DNA of 63,608 nucleotides, the filler included, from Folioceros fuciformis (Eukaryota), in the NCBI GenBank assembly GCA_049999805.1. It is 8 parts of 8 records of this genome, joined end to end, with 100 filler letters (N's around TTAATTAATTAA, not from the genome) between each part and the next. Parts side by side here need not be neighbours in the genome. Positions count along the whole stretch, not along the records: positions 1 to 15,049 come from JBNGIO010003932.1; positions 15,150 to 19,886 come from JBNGIO010003933.1; 6 more parts are not named here. One strand, given 5' to 3'. The number at the start of each line of letters is the position of its first letter. The first letter of the stretch is position 1. The notes under the pieces were generated by a model. That model saw only the letters and a program-made list of their open reading frames with translations, was not told the origin of the DNA and made no database searches. Both the position numbers and the translations under genes were made by a program. Below are positions 1 through 15,279 of the stretch, piece after piece.

Positions 1-859
1 GCCCGCCCGCGTCCAGGACTTGGCCGCCCCCGGCAGGCTGGCCGCTGGGGTGCCTAGCGGGCTCGAAGGCCCGGGGCAGATGCCCTTGGTGATGTGGCAG
101 CACCCTCCCGGTGCCCCGAACTTCTGGCACCTTGAGCTTCCGGCCCCCTCGCTCTCGGAGCTCCGTGCTCCTGTCAGATGTCCTTTGTCACGGATCTTTG
201 TCTGTGGCACCTGCAGACATGACCATCTTGCTTCACAAATTGAGTTCCACAACCTGGCTCTGATACCACTTGAAGGAACACTCTAGGAGCTACATGGTGA
301 AGGAGAAGAGAGAAGGAGGTAAGGAGGAGAGGAGAAAGAGAGGTCACACTCTCTCAATAGAGTCTCTATACAAGGGAGCTCAAGGGGGTATTTATACCCC
401 CTAGNNNNNNNNNNNNNNNNNNNNNNNNNNNNNNNNNNNNNNNNNNNNNNNNNNNNNNNNNNNNNNNNNNNNNNNNNNNNNNNNNNNNNNNNNNNNNNNN
501 NNNNCATCTGCAGACATGACCATCTCGCTCCACAACTTGAGCTCCACAACCTGGCTCTGATACCACTTGAAGGAACACTCTAGGAGCTACATGGTGAAGG
601 AGAAGAGAGAAGGAGGTAAGGAGGAGAGGAGAAAGAGAGGTCACACTCTCTCAATAGAGTCTCTATACAAGGGAGCTCAAGGGGGTATTTATACCCCCTA
701 GAAGAGCTCCCTAGGAAGCTTCACAAGAAGCGCACAGGAAGCTGCACAAGAAGCTTCTTACAGATTAGCTTAAGCTAATCTAAACTAATGGTAGTTAATT
801 AGACACTAATCTTAGACTAAACATATTAGTCTAAGCACATTGGCTTTAATAACCCTACA
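1..859 (-). mobile_element. 5' end of a Ty1/Copia LTR retrotransposon: 5' LTR (568-859) plus tRNA-Met PBS, with the internal region running off the left edge
   Basis: On the minus strand the LTR starts TGTAGGGTTATT (859), ends ...CCTTCA (568) and is followed by AG TGGTATCAGAGCCAGGTT (PBS). The PBS/LTR junction is repeated on both sides of the N gap (271-403 and 568-703). The same LTR family occurs at 62749-63020 next to Copia RNase H. Confidence 0.85.
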
Positions 860-869
860 CCTTGGAACT

Positions 870-1520
870 CAAGGAATTATGCCTTGTACACTTGTAGGTT
901 GGATTTGCTTGTTGCTTTGCATGAACTTTCTCTTCGTGATCAACCATGATTTGCATCTTCGTCAACTTGCACAACAATTATGAATGATCCAACATCGTTT
1001 GGTATTAGATAAAAAAGTTATGAGCTTGACATTATGAGGTTCAATACCAGGCATTAGATCACATGTGACTATACTCACTCGTTGCATCAGTGTGAAAACC
1101 GTGACGAATTCTTATCTTTATGACCTTAGGCCACCTGAGCAATACGGTGGCATAAAACTCGAATTGGCACTTTCTCTTGATGCTGGCTTTCGCCCTTCTT
1201 GAGCCAGGACCTATCTTTGGCCTCACTGATGGATCCACAAAGCTAGTAAGTTCAGCACACTAACCTCGATGGTCAGTTGGTACATATTGATAATGGTACA
1301 CGACACATTTAAATACTTGTGTGGGCCTTAAAACATTCTTGGGAGCTTCCTTCGAAATCCAATGATACAGCTTGCTAAACTTTGTCAAGAACCTAGCGCT
1401 TTGTGCTTCCTCTTCCACGGAATCCACCACCTGACAAGTTGGAATGTAAGCCCTAAGCACTTGTTCCTGAACTTTCTTCCACCCACATTTATGAGTGCCT
1501 AATGCCCACAACAGGCTTCT
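870..1520 (-). mobile_element. Degenerate MULE/SWIM-type transposase N-terminal fragment
   Basis: Broken minus-strand translation AYIPTCQVVDSVEEE...YHYQYVPTDH...SRRAKASIKRKCQFEFYATVLLRWPKVIKIRIRHGFHT. From memory this resembles the N-terminal zinc-binding region of plant SWIM/MULE-derived proteins. It is truncated by the Copia LTR at 859. Confidence 0.5.
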
Positions 1521-1789
1521 TTGGCAAATGCACCATTTGGTGGCGTCTGCACCACTATGTCTTTGAGCTTCTCATCTGGACATGCAAGCGATACAGTCAT
1601 GGTTTTCAATGTGTCTAGAGCGCGGCAAAAAATCCCGTAGTTGTGAATGCATTCAAGTTCCTTTTAAGCGCACATAATATTCAGCCAAGGGAGATTGAGC
1701 AACTACGGGTAGGGCAGCCAGCATGGGCGGTGAGATAGGGCGGAGAGAAAACTAGGCCGTATGCTTGCCAAGTGTGTCTTCAGTGTGTA

Positions 1790-1940
1790 GGCTGGCCCTG
1801 GTCCGATTTGATGTGTGCAAGAGAGAGAGAGAGAGCTGAAGAGAGAGAGAGAGAGTTGGCTCTGGTTTGATTTGATGTGTGCAAGAGAGAGAGAGCTGGC
1901 CCTGGTCTGATTTGATGTGTGCAAGAGAGAGAGAGCTGCA
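1790..1940. repeat. Compound minisatellite: 3 units of GCTGGCCCTGGTC.GATTTGATGTGTGCAA + (GA)n
   Basis: Tandem units with variable GA tracts, seen directly. Confidence 0.85.
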
Positions 1941-2878
1941 TGGATGGGGCTCAATAGTTGAAGTATGTCATCCTTTGCCATCAATCATTTGTGAAGAATA
2001 GGCAACGACAGTAGTCCATGTATTCATAAACAAATGACCTTACTAAGGTGGTTGGGGTTTTGAGCTCTAATGAGATGGTGTTACTGACTTGATATGTTCA
2101 CGATATTGCTAGGGCAAGTAGAAGTTCAAGACAAAGCACAAAATTTTTGGATTGTGCGAAAAGGAGTAGAGTAGCATTTATGCCTCTTGCTACATGGACT
2201 TGTTCTTTCACAATATTTTTCACTATAGACGCATATGAATCACTTGCCACCAAGGTAATCAAGTGTAAGGGCATCACAATGAAGAGGGACAAGATTAGGA
2301 AGCATTGATGCGATAAGCTAGATGAGAAAGGATAGCAACGAGCATTTTCAGTTTTCAACATTTTGTCATGAGGAGGCCACAAGCTACAAAGAATTTGCAA
2401 GTTATGAGAAAAGAATATTACTTGGAAGTTGTATTATCACATTTGTCAAAAGATTGATCATTATACATGTTTGATGGCCAAAATGTTCCTCATTGGATAT
2501 TATTATGAAGTCTCAAATGTAGTAATATTTTAGTATGCCGTCCTCACCATGCACCCTTATTTGCTTATTTTGTATCACATGGATTATTACATGGACCAAA
2601 ATAAGATGAATAGTATTAAAATTTTCATGTATTGTATTTTCATTATAATTTTCATGTTTCAATTATTGCCCCATTGAGGGCTCGAAAAGGTCTTCGGCTA
2701 GAAATTAGGCTTATTAGAACTGAAAACCGGTTACCTTGGTAAGAACCCACGAGCAACCTTGAGGAGGAATAATATTTCCCCAGACGTGGTTATTCCGCCA
2801 AAACATGACCTTTTCACGAACTCCACGGGCTTTCAACTAAAAATCCTGCTGCAAGTCATATGAAAAGCACTAAAACCA

Positions 2879-6067
<3,189 letters not shown>

Positions 6068-6566
6068 TGGGGACTGAACTATGCAAACCGACTTGTCGAT
6101 GAGCCGATTCACATACGTTCAACATATGCATGGGCACAAGCTATGATTGCACACACAGAGAGCTGTGCTTGCGAATAGAGAGCTGTGCTTGCGAAAAGAG
6201 AGCAGCGCTTGCATAAACGGGAACTTTGCTTTGCACATAAGGGAGCTGTGCGTGCATATACTGTATCAGAGAGCTGTGCTAACGTATATAAGGGGACTGA
6301 GCTTCCAGGTAACGAATCTACCAATGTGATTTGGGTATGTTCACATGCATATATAACAGCTGCTTTCCTAACTCGCATCGGTGTCTCGATCTTCTCGAGA
6401 GTAGGGGCCTGTGGAGAGGAGTGCAGTGGGGCAGCGTCTGACGGGTTTAGGGCTTGGAGGATGCGCGTAAGAAGCTGTCAAGTTCTTCCAGTCGCAGCAA
6501 AGATGACGGAGTTAATGTTTTTCAGTTGACAGCGGGGGGAATCTCACGGAAGCCGCTGCTGCAAAT
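6068..6566. promoter_or_regulatory. Short divergent (bidirectional) promoter region with imperfect AGAGCTGTGC(T)TGC repeats
   Basis: About 500 bp separate the head-to-head start codons. GAGCTGTGC units recur at ~6160-6280. Confidence 0.5.
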
Positions 6567-8151
6567 ATGGGAGCACGCACAGTTTCTTGCAGCTGGCCAT
6601 TCCGTTCTTGTGGACGTTCTGAAATTCTAGCACCACGAAGCAGAGAAATGGGTTGCTGGAGAAGAAAGGATTCGCCCGCATTCTTGTTTCAGCTACCTTC
6701 GAACTCAACCATAGGTGATATGGGCAGATGCAGGAGACACGGCATGATCAAGAGAACGTTTTCCTGGAGAGCAGCAATCGAGTCGGAGACATCATGTCAA
6801 ACAGCATCCGAAAATGAATGGTCTCAGGAGCAAGGAATCGTTGGCATTGATGAAAACACGGCTTTAGAAAATGCTATGGTGAAGGAGAAGACCATGCGCT
6901 TAGTGGAGAGTGCGATGCTTGCGGCAGCGGCTGGACTCGCATATTTCCTGAGTAACCTCCTCAGACTGGAGGTAATCGCGGTCATTGCAGAGGCTGGGTT
7001 CCGTTCCTAGTGGGTGGGTTTTGTTGTTTGCACAGATCAAGATGTTTGTTTGACCTGCAGGCTTATTTCGGATGCTTCTTTCCTCTTCCAGTAGTAATTT
7101 CTTCTATGCGGTGGGGACCAGCAGCGGGCCGAAAAACCATGGTCAGTTTTCTGGCGCTTCATGGCATGGCTGTGTTACGTCTGTCCAGAATTTTGGGGTT
7201 GGGGGGATCCCGTCATGTTGTAACATTGTCTGTTGTTCGCAGGTAGCAACGGCCATGCTCTTGCTAGTGCTGTCGGGACCTCTCAAGACACTTTCCTACC
7301 TGGTGCGGTTGGCTTCCACTTGGGCCGATGTTATCTGATCTGATGTGCAAACTTATTTGTATTTTCTGTGCGTGGTAAGCGCTGAGCGGAGTCTTGTGCG
7401 TTGGTGCAGCTTATGCATGGCTTTGTCGGATTGGCAATGGGGTCCCTTTGGAGGTATGTCTTTGGTGCCATTTGATGACGCTCAGATCCTGTGTACGATC
7501 TTCTGATCATAATCGATGTGTGCATGGGATCGGTACAGTTGGCGGATCAACTGGGGGCTCTCGATTGCTGTCTGCGCTATAGTAACTCTCGTGTTCCCGC
7601 ACCTCTTTTCCCGTCGTTGTCTGTCTTGCACGCTCCCATGCTGATCGTTCAAGTAATACAGGTGCGCAGTATAGGAGCTCTGGGCTTTGTGATGTTATCG
7701 TCCCTCATGCTTAGAGAAAACCTTCTGGTGCTGGTGAGACCTGTGCTTGTTTCCTGCACTCTCCTTGTTGCAACTGTGTGGATCTTCGCACCTTGTATTA
7801 TCAGGAGGTTGTGCTTCTCAACACACTTGGCATATCCGTTTGCAGATAACAGTCAACGCACATGCATCTTTTTCATATATTCTGGCAGCTTTAGGTGTTA
7901 ACATGGTGCCAACAATGCCTATGATTTATGTCGTTTTCGCCTTGTTGGTGAGGACTGCCCGGCATAACCGAAGCCCTTATTGCTCACTCTCTCGTTCCCT
8001 GTCTCTGACAATGTTATATGTTGGTATGCAGCTGTTGTTGAACTGTGGATCATTCGTCTTCCTTCTACATGTGCTGTATGCTATCTTTCTTCGGCGGCTT
8101 GGGATCAAGACCTCTATTTCCTTTCCTGTGTGGATAGAAAGGGCCATATGA
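6567..8151 (+). CDS. DUF2232 family membrane protein (likely plastid, cyanobacterial-type), multi-exon
   Basis: Transit-peptide-like N-terminus, then spliced exons LVESAMLAA...FLSN / YFGCFFPLPVVISSMRWG..AGRKTM / VATAMLLLVLSGP / LMHGFVGLAMGSLW / VRSIGALG / ITVNAHASF / LLLNCG...WIERAI*, with GT-AG introns. Confidence 0.88.
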
Positions 8152-9155
8152 AATCCAGGGAGGAATGATGTCTAGTGATGTGAGTTCACCAGTTTCTCAA
8201 TCGAGGCAACTACGCGTGCTGATCAAAATGAGGTATAACATCCAGCTGTTTTTGGTCATTACCCTCTCTATGAGGAGTCATGCTTGCTGACCACGGCTCT
8301 CCAGATGTTCTGACCAGAAACCTTGCGGATACTCCGCTTAAGGAAATACACGACTTCGTCTTCCGGGAGTTGCTCGAACCTTTCTCAAGATGGCCTTCGC
8401 CGCATCAGTGCACCTACCTGCGATTCCTATCGGTATTGCCCTTGGCTTTGTTTGTAAAGCAATAAGGGCTTCGGTTCTAATTCTGAGTGGTTATCAGATG
8501 GATCTGGTCAGAACTTGAGCCTGGGTAAGTGCCAGCAAAGAAAGCTGGGTCTAGTCAGAAAATATGAAATCTGATCTCTATGCCTGATAGAGATTTGAAT
8601 TCTAGAATCTAACTGCAAAACTTGCAAAATTTAATAAAATTAAAACCACAGACGATCTATCCAGCAAGGCCGCTATGACCGATAGAAACTGGCATCTTCA
8701 GGCTTTCTTGCAATTGATACCAATGGTCCTGTTGTGCACATTAAGACAACTTCCTGACTAGATTCTTCAGTGCGAGGGGCTTTCTTTGTGTTCATCCTAT
8801 GGAAAGGACTTATGATATAGTCTAATGATTTACATGTCAACCCATCAGCGTTCAACTGCAACATATCTTGTAGGGCTACACGATGAACTTTTCTCTTTTT
8901 CTTTTCAGAATACTTTCCTCGGTAGTATGCCATGGCATCTACAGCGCATCTTACACATCACCAGCTTGTCCGCAGCCTATATGGATCTCTTTCGTCTCAC
9001 ATTGTCCCCATTATGGACTGATTGGCATCGCAATTGACTCACACAAACCTTATGTTTAGGGATTGTCTAGATCACACTTATTTTCTTTGTGCATAGTGGT
9101 ACACTTGTTTTTAATTCCTTTGTGCATAGAGAGATCAGGACAGGCTGTGGTCATG

Positions 9156-9492
9156 GTTATGGAATACCGATGCGGACAGGTTATGGAATATCGATGTGGA
9201 CAGGTTATGGAATATCGATGCGGACAGGTTATGGAATATCGATGCGGACAGGTTATGGAATACCGATGCGGACAGGTTATGGAATACCGATGCGGACAGG
9301 TTATGGAATACCGATGTGGACAGGTTATGGAATATCCGATGCGGACAGGTTATGGAATACCGATGTGGACAAGTTATAGAATACCGATGTGGACAAGTTA
9401 TAGAATACCGATGCGGACAAGTTATGGAATACCGATGCAGACAGGTTATGAAACACCGATGCAGACAAGTTATGGAATACCGATGCAGACAG
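9156..9492. repeat. 24-bp minisatellite GGTTATGGAATACCGATGCGGACA, ~14 copies
   Basis: Direct tandem repeats with few substitutions and one 1-bp insertion near 9335. They explain the spurious CGQVMEYR ORFs. Confidence 0.95.
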
Positions 9493-9518
9493 GGACTACA
9501 GACTCATGTTTTCTAGTT

Positions 9519-10295
9519 GGAATACGTATTTTATATGCAAATATTCTGTAACATCTAAGGAATATTCTTCTACTCTACCTCGCCATATCATCCAACCCTA
9601 CCTATACACCGTATAGCAATTTTGTTCTGTACTTCTAACCTCTTTGTGTATGGAAAGGGACACAGCGTTTTTCTTCATTTCGGTTCATAGGGAGTGTCTT
9701 TTATCTTGCGATTAGGTGCGCAGGTGCGCCGCCATTCCCCTCATACAACACAATGGCGAGGCTGTGGGCATAGTTAGCATCGCCCACAGCCTCGGTTTTA
9801 ACACATGTAGCAACGCTAACAGGCTTCACGTTGCCCCCCACACCTCCCGCTGTAGTCTTTGCCAGGGTTCCGTAGTCCCCTTTGAACCGCCGCTGCCTCC
9901 TTCTCCCTTTTTCTAGACCTTGGGTGCCTGCTCCCTTGCTCATTTGGCCTACACCAGGCCCGTGCACCTGCTCCCTTGGCCTGCAGCAAAGTCGCCCACT
10001 CGCTGGCTCCCTACCCCGCACCTCCTAAGCACTCACACCTAGCCACACTACATGCCACCCTAACTAACTAAAAAAAGGAATGATGGACCGGGATGTGAGG
10101 GATAAAACAATGTAGGTGTCTCGATCGGGACACCTACTTTGTGCTCTATGACCAAAGTGAGCACAAACGTTGTGTTCAAATTGTTTGCGCCCTATGACTG
10201 AAGTGGGCGCAAACATTATGTCCAAACTGTCTGCATCATATACCGTCGCCCTAAAATTTATGTGAAAGAACCTCTGTCTATATTGGTATTCCGTA
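9519..10295. mobile_element. Probable non-autonomous repeat element with an internal palindrome; its right part is homologous to 59503-59640
   Basis: Ends GGAATAC...GTATTCC. Near-perfect palindrome GTAGGTGTCTCGATCGGGACACCTAC at 10112-10137. 10112-10295 aligns with 59503-59640. Confidence 0.45.
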
Positions 10296-13155
10296 CATGG
10301 TCATAAGTTTCATGACCATGACAAAATGGTCATGAAACACTCATTTATTTATTTTTAATTTTTGTGTCACATATATATATCTCATGTTCCTGGCTCAAGA
10401 TCACCCTCTATGCTTTGCAGCAATCTTAAGCTCTGGCCACCAGATCAATGTCTATGCCTTGCAGCAATCTCACTCTCTAGGCACAAGAAATGGATATCTA
10501 AGCATAGAAGGTATAAAATCCCTTCTATGCTTAGATATCTCACCCTCTAAGCACAAGACTTATGCCTTGCACCAATTCATGCCATGTAAATGAACTTCCT
10601 TTTGCAAAACCAATGCACAACTGCATTTCGCGAAGGTTGGCGGGATGTTCTGCTGAAAATGGGCGGCGCGGAGGTCCGAAAACCCTAAACTCACACCTAT
10701 AAATTGCTAGTTCTTGTGGCAATGGGGATGGATACTGTGACCTTTTCTGATGGTTGTGGCTTTCTGTCGTCGGAAGGTGTTGCCTTCTATCTGTTGGGAA
10801 CGACGCTATCTGGTGGCGTTGATGTGGCTCCATCGGTGCTCGCGTTAGGGACGCCGATGCTTGAACTGTGCAGGTCTCATCAGCATGGACCCGCATGCTT
10901 GGATTCAACCTTGAATCATGCGGTATTTTCGCTGGTGAAGGTCAGGTTTTGATGGAGTTGGCATTCCGGCAAAGGTTGCCCTTTCCGTCCCGTATTGCCG
11001 ACCATGGACGTTATTGATTGTGCGCAGTGTTTGGGCGAGGTGTTCCACCTCCGAACATCAGGTGTCCATATTCCATTGCTTCAGAGCGCCGCATCGCTGC
11101 GCTTACTCATTGAGAAAGACCTTGCAGCCTACAACCGAAACCGCGGCTGCAAGTTGTGTGACCTCTGCCGCCGCGAGTTTTGTTGCTCTTTCTTCAAATT
11201 TTAGGTCTTGGCACTTGTTTTGACGGGGGTTGGCCTCTTTGGCAGAGGTTCGCCTTCATGCAATGAGGCGGCTGTTCCCATGCCGTAAAGCTCAACATGA
11301 ACGTCACAAAGTAATGATCGCTTGTTGACGGCAGTGTTTAGCTTTCGGGCGAAGCGCTTGCCTTCGAGCGTGAGGAGTGCATATTCCATCTCCCTTGAGA
11401 GCAGCTCTGCTACAGTTACTCGTTGGGACTTACCATGCAGCCCACAGTCCTTGGCGTTTATTTTAAGTTTAGGGTCTAGGGTTTTCACCGTATTATTCGT
11501 GTGCATGCTGCTGACGGTTTTGTATTTGGAACAGGATTCTGTGCTCTCTTTCTGGGATGCACGTTGACAGGGAGAGCCTGCGGGCAAAGGCAGATTCATG
11601 CAATCCAATCGGGTATGTCCATGCCGTGAAACCTGCGGGCACAGGCAGCCTCATGCAATCCAATCTGCATTGCCCATGCAATGAAACCTAGTATGACCGC
11701 CGCACAGGAGCTTGCTTTCGAATGGCAATGCTCGGATCCCGCCGTGTCTGCCCATGGTGAGGACCTTGTTGAATTTGGGGGCTTCCCTCCTCGGCCCACA
11801 GTGTCCCCTGTCGGCAAGATCTTGCCATTGTGGCATTCCTTGTTATCACATTCTTGGTGCTGATCGCCTAGGTCGTGTATCTGGATGTAATTCCTCAAAC
11901 ACGCCCTAAGTAGCGCCTGGTTCACCGCACTGAGGATAACATTTACCTTGAAGTCGGCTACCGACACATCGGTCTCCAAGTCCAGGGAGCGGGCCTACAA
12001 TTTGATCTCTTCCCTTCCATGTTCGATCTGTGCCGTGTGCGCTGTTCCCTCTTGCCTGAGTTGCTGAGCTGTGATGTGCTTGACTGCTGCCACTTGGTGC
12101 AAATATTTTTAGTTTGCCTTTCCCGCTGGGCTTTGATGTGCTTGACTGTTGCCACATGCCACTTTGTGCAAATTTGTCTGTGTTGTTTGCCTCTCCTACT
12201 GGGGCCCTGGACTGTGATGTGGTTGCCGTCGTCGGAATCTACCCCTTTCTCGGCAGGCGCCTTCACCGTCGTCGCTTGATGGGCCCTGCCCCCAATGAGT
12301 GACCTGATGGGGTAGAGGCGGTGAGGCGGCTACTTGTTGCCGTCCAGCTCAGCATGTTGACGGCATTGCTTGGGCCTTCGGGGTTGTGCTTGCTTCCAAG
12401 ACTCCAAGCTCCAGCGCTGCATATTCCATGATGTACGTCTGTCATTGATTCTCGGCAATGTCCATCCAGCCTACATTTGACTTTGCCCTCTTGCCCCGCT
12501 CGAACCGGTGGATTCAGTGTTTACGCATTCAGTAAGAAATTTAATGACGACCCAGAATTGCGGAAGCTCTGGCGTTCTCTTGTAGAAGAGATTCGTACGA
12601 AACTCACTTCTTCTGGTGCAACTGCAATTGTAAGCTAACGATTCCCAGCAATCTGCGCGTGATATTCCGATTGGCACCCGGAAGCTGTGGACATGGGAGT
12701 CTGAGAAAGTAATGTACAAAAATTCAAAAAATAATTCACAGAAGTTTCTGGTCGGTGACGTGGTGTCAGCACGAGCTCTCTGATACTTGTTAGGGTAGGA
12801 AGCCTTCGCCCCAGGATCCCTAGATACGGAAAGGATTCTCCTGCCTCCCCCCTGTAGCACAAGGGTGGCGTCCATGCTTCGCCTTCGCCTTCGCCTGGGC
12901 TACACGCAGGAGGCAAAGAGCTGATGAGAAGCACCTCTGCTTGCCGAGAAAAAGTCAACCGCCTGGAGGAAACTTGTGACACAGTATACCGAGGAGAGGC
13001 CCCAGGGACGAGAAGAGGAGAAGAAAGAAATAAGGGGCTCACACACGTGCGCCCCAGCATAACTTATGGGGATGATCACTGGAGCCTGGAAAGGAGCCCA
13101 GAGCTTCTCCTATCCACCAGGCGCACAAGGTGTGAGCCCCGCCGGACGTGTAACC

Positions 13156-15049
13156 TTAAAGCTGCCACAGCAGTTTTCCCGACGTGGTGGTGAACGTCCT
13201 GCGAACATAGCCCTTGAGGTCAGTGTCACGCCGCTGGCAGAAGCGTTGGTGCCAGTCTTCCGGCATGACGGGCTCCGTGCTCAGGCCCGGAGTCCTGTCC
13301 TGGGACTTAACATTCTCCTTGGAGGTCCAGTCGGTGGTGTAGGTGCCTGCCCTCCTCACGAACTTGAGCTTGAAATCCTCCCACACCTGCAGCAGCAGCA
13401 GCAACAGCATTGGCATTAGCGTCGGTCATGGCCTCGATAAGGCAACTGGATGTGACGCAACATTGCAGCCGGGGATGGCATGCCGTGGCACATACTTGGA
13501 ACTTGTAGTGGTTCACCACCGCGTACTTGCGGCGCACGCTGACCGAGGTGAAGTCCGGCCGGAGCTCGAAATGGTGCAGCAGGTTGAGCAGGCTCACCCC
13601 GAAAGCATCCGCTCTGACCAGAGATTTGTGGCGCTCGGGAGCCACCATCCGGCAATCGTAGCTTACCGTCACCCCATCATTGGGATGGCTCTTGAGCCCT
13701 GATGGCCCGAAATTGTGGCAGTCGAAACGGATCTCCCCGATCGCCCATGGAGCCGCCGATTGGCTGCTGTTAACCGGCACGTACAGGCGCTTTTGCGTCA
13801 GGGTGATGTCCTGGATCAATCTCCTCAAGATGGGCGCCTCTTTCCTGCCCACGTTGACGCACCCTGCACCCTCCTCCGGCTCCTCCTCCTCCTCCTCCTC
13901 CTCTTCTTCCGCATCAAGGTCCTCCACATCTGCTCCTCGATGTCGGTGCTGCTTGGCTGCAGAGCTCTGCTGTTTCAAAGCCCTCTTCTGCACGCCTTTC
14001 CACGCACCGCCATTATTCTGACGACGCAGCAGCAGTGCCTCCACCGGCTTCGCCTGCTTGCTGCGCTTGTTCTTAAGCTGTTTCTTGAACCTACTGTACT
14101 TGCGGGTGGAGGCTCCTGCCTTGGCCGGTTCCGTCGGGATCATGTAGGTGCTGGGGAAGATGTACTCATCCACATCGGTGAAGGCTACCCACTGGCATCC
14201 CTCCTTCCGGGCTGCGACAGCACAGTGCGAGAAGGCAGCCTGCTGCGTCTTGAGCCATGGCCAGGCAAGCATGGTGACCCTGTGAGGGCTCAGCAGCTGG
14301 GAGCCGCACTTTCCCTTTCTGGACAAAGAAGCCACTACCTCTTCCAAGCCGTCATCGCTGTTGTTGTCGTAGACGAAGAAACGCTCCACTCCCAGATGGG
14401 CATGGTACATGACCCACTCCTTGAGAAACTTGGCCTTATTCCACACCATTGTGCAAGCACAAATCCCCTGCTGTTTTACGTGACTGCTACTCTTCCTTCC
14501 CCCAACCTCCTCCTCCTCCACAAAGCTTTCAGTATCCTCCTTGAAGGTCCCTGCAGCAGATGAAGCCCGCTCCATGAAAACCATGTCCTTCGTGAAGTAG
14601 GCTACCGACCGACTAACACCACCCAGCCTTGCCCCGCTCAAGGACACCTTGGCTCCTACCAAGCTCCTCCTGGCCTCCACATCCGGCCACTCGCAATGCA
14701 CAACTTCTTGGGCACCGAGCAGAGCCCGGGTGGACATGAGCTGCTCATCCTCCCCAAGCTTGCCGTCAGCCCCGAGCTCACCCAATCCCATGAACACGCA
14801 CGACAGGTCCTGGACATCGAAGTGCTTATTACTCCCCCGATTCTTGATGTTCTTCACCAGCAGCACCAGGCTCTCCTCCTGCGCCGTCACCTCATACACA
14901 AGAGGCTCCTCCCACGTCGCATTGGCCAAGTGCAGCGGGGCGTAGCTCCCCCGGGTGGCGAACACCTTGAGCTTATCCCCCCCCTGCAGACCCAGAGTGA
15001 CAGTCCCGGGCGCCGTGAGCCTGGACACCTCCACATCCTCGTCCCCATC
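13156..15049 (-). CDS. Glycosyltransferase family 92 protein (At1g27200/RCOM_0530710-like), 5'-truncated by a scaffold linker, one intron (~13387-13497)
   Basis: CACTMVWNKAKFLKEWVMYH..LGVERFFVYDNNSDD, WPWLKTQQAAFSHCA, FTDVDEY (DxD), FGPSG, PERHKS and VVNHYKFQ, then intron GTATGT...CTGCAG, then VWEDFKLKFVRR...DW...DRTPGL...WQL*. Confidence 0.92.
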
Positions 15050-15149
15050 NNNNNNNNNNNNNNNNNNNNNNNNNNNNNNNNNNNNNNNNNNNNTTAATTA
15101 ATTAANNNNNNNNNNNNNNNNNNNNNNNNNNNNNNNNNNNNNNNNNNNN
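15050..15149. other. Artificial scaffold linker 44N-TTAATTAATTAA-44N (others have their 12-mer starting at 19931, 33613, 43976, 47832, 56757 and 60204)
   Basis: Identical 100-bp spacers carrying stop codons in all six frames. Confidence 0.97.
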
Positions 15150-15150
15150 T

Positions 15151-15279
15151 GTGCTTGCTGTGGCGGATTTGGAGAGACGTGATGTCAACCTTGACTTGAT
15201 TAAGGTTGAAGGAAAAGTTGGTGGTAGGCTAGAGGATGCAAAGATTGCCATTCTGACCTGCCCATTCGAACCACCGAAG
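15151..15279 (+). pseudogene. CCT5: Fragment of cytosolic chaperonin CCT5 (TCP-1 epsilon) with an internal deletion
   Basis: Translates as [43 protein letters not shown], which matches CCT5 with the segment between LED and (I)ED missing. Confidence 0.85.

Noticed and set aside
9156-9492. CRISPR-like array or repeat protein (CGQVMEYR)n
   Set aside because: The units are contiguous with no unique spacers, there are no cas genes, and a 1-bp insertion breaks the frame. It is a plain minisatellite.
13715-14563. 282-aa plus-strand ORF
   Set aside because: It is the antisense shadow of the GT92 coding exon.
15094-15105. Recurrent TTAATTAATTAA palindrome as a biological motif or piggyBac site
   Set aside because: It is always centred in 44+44 Ns, so it is an assembly linker.
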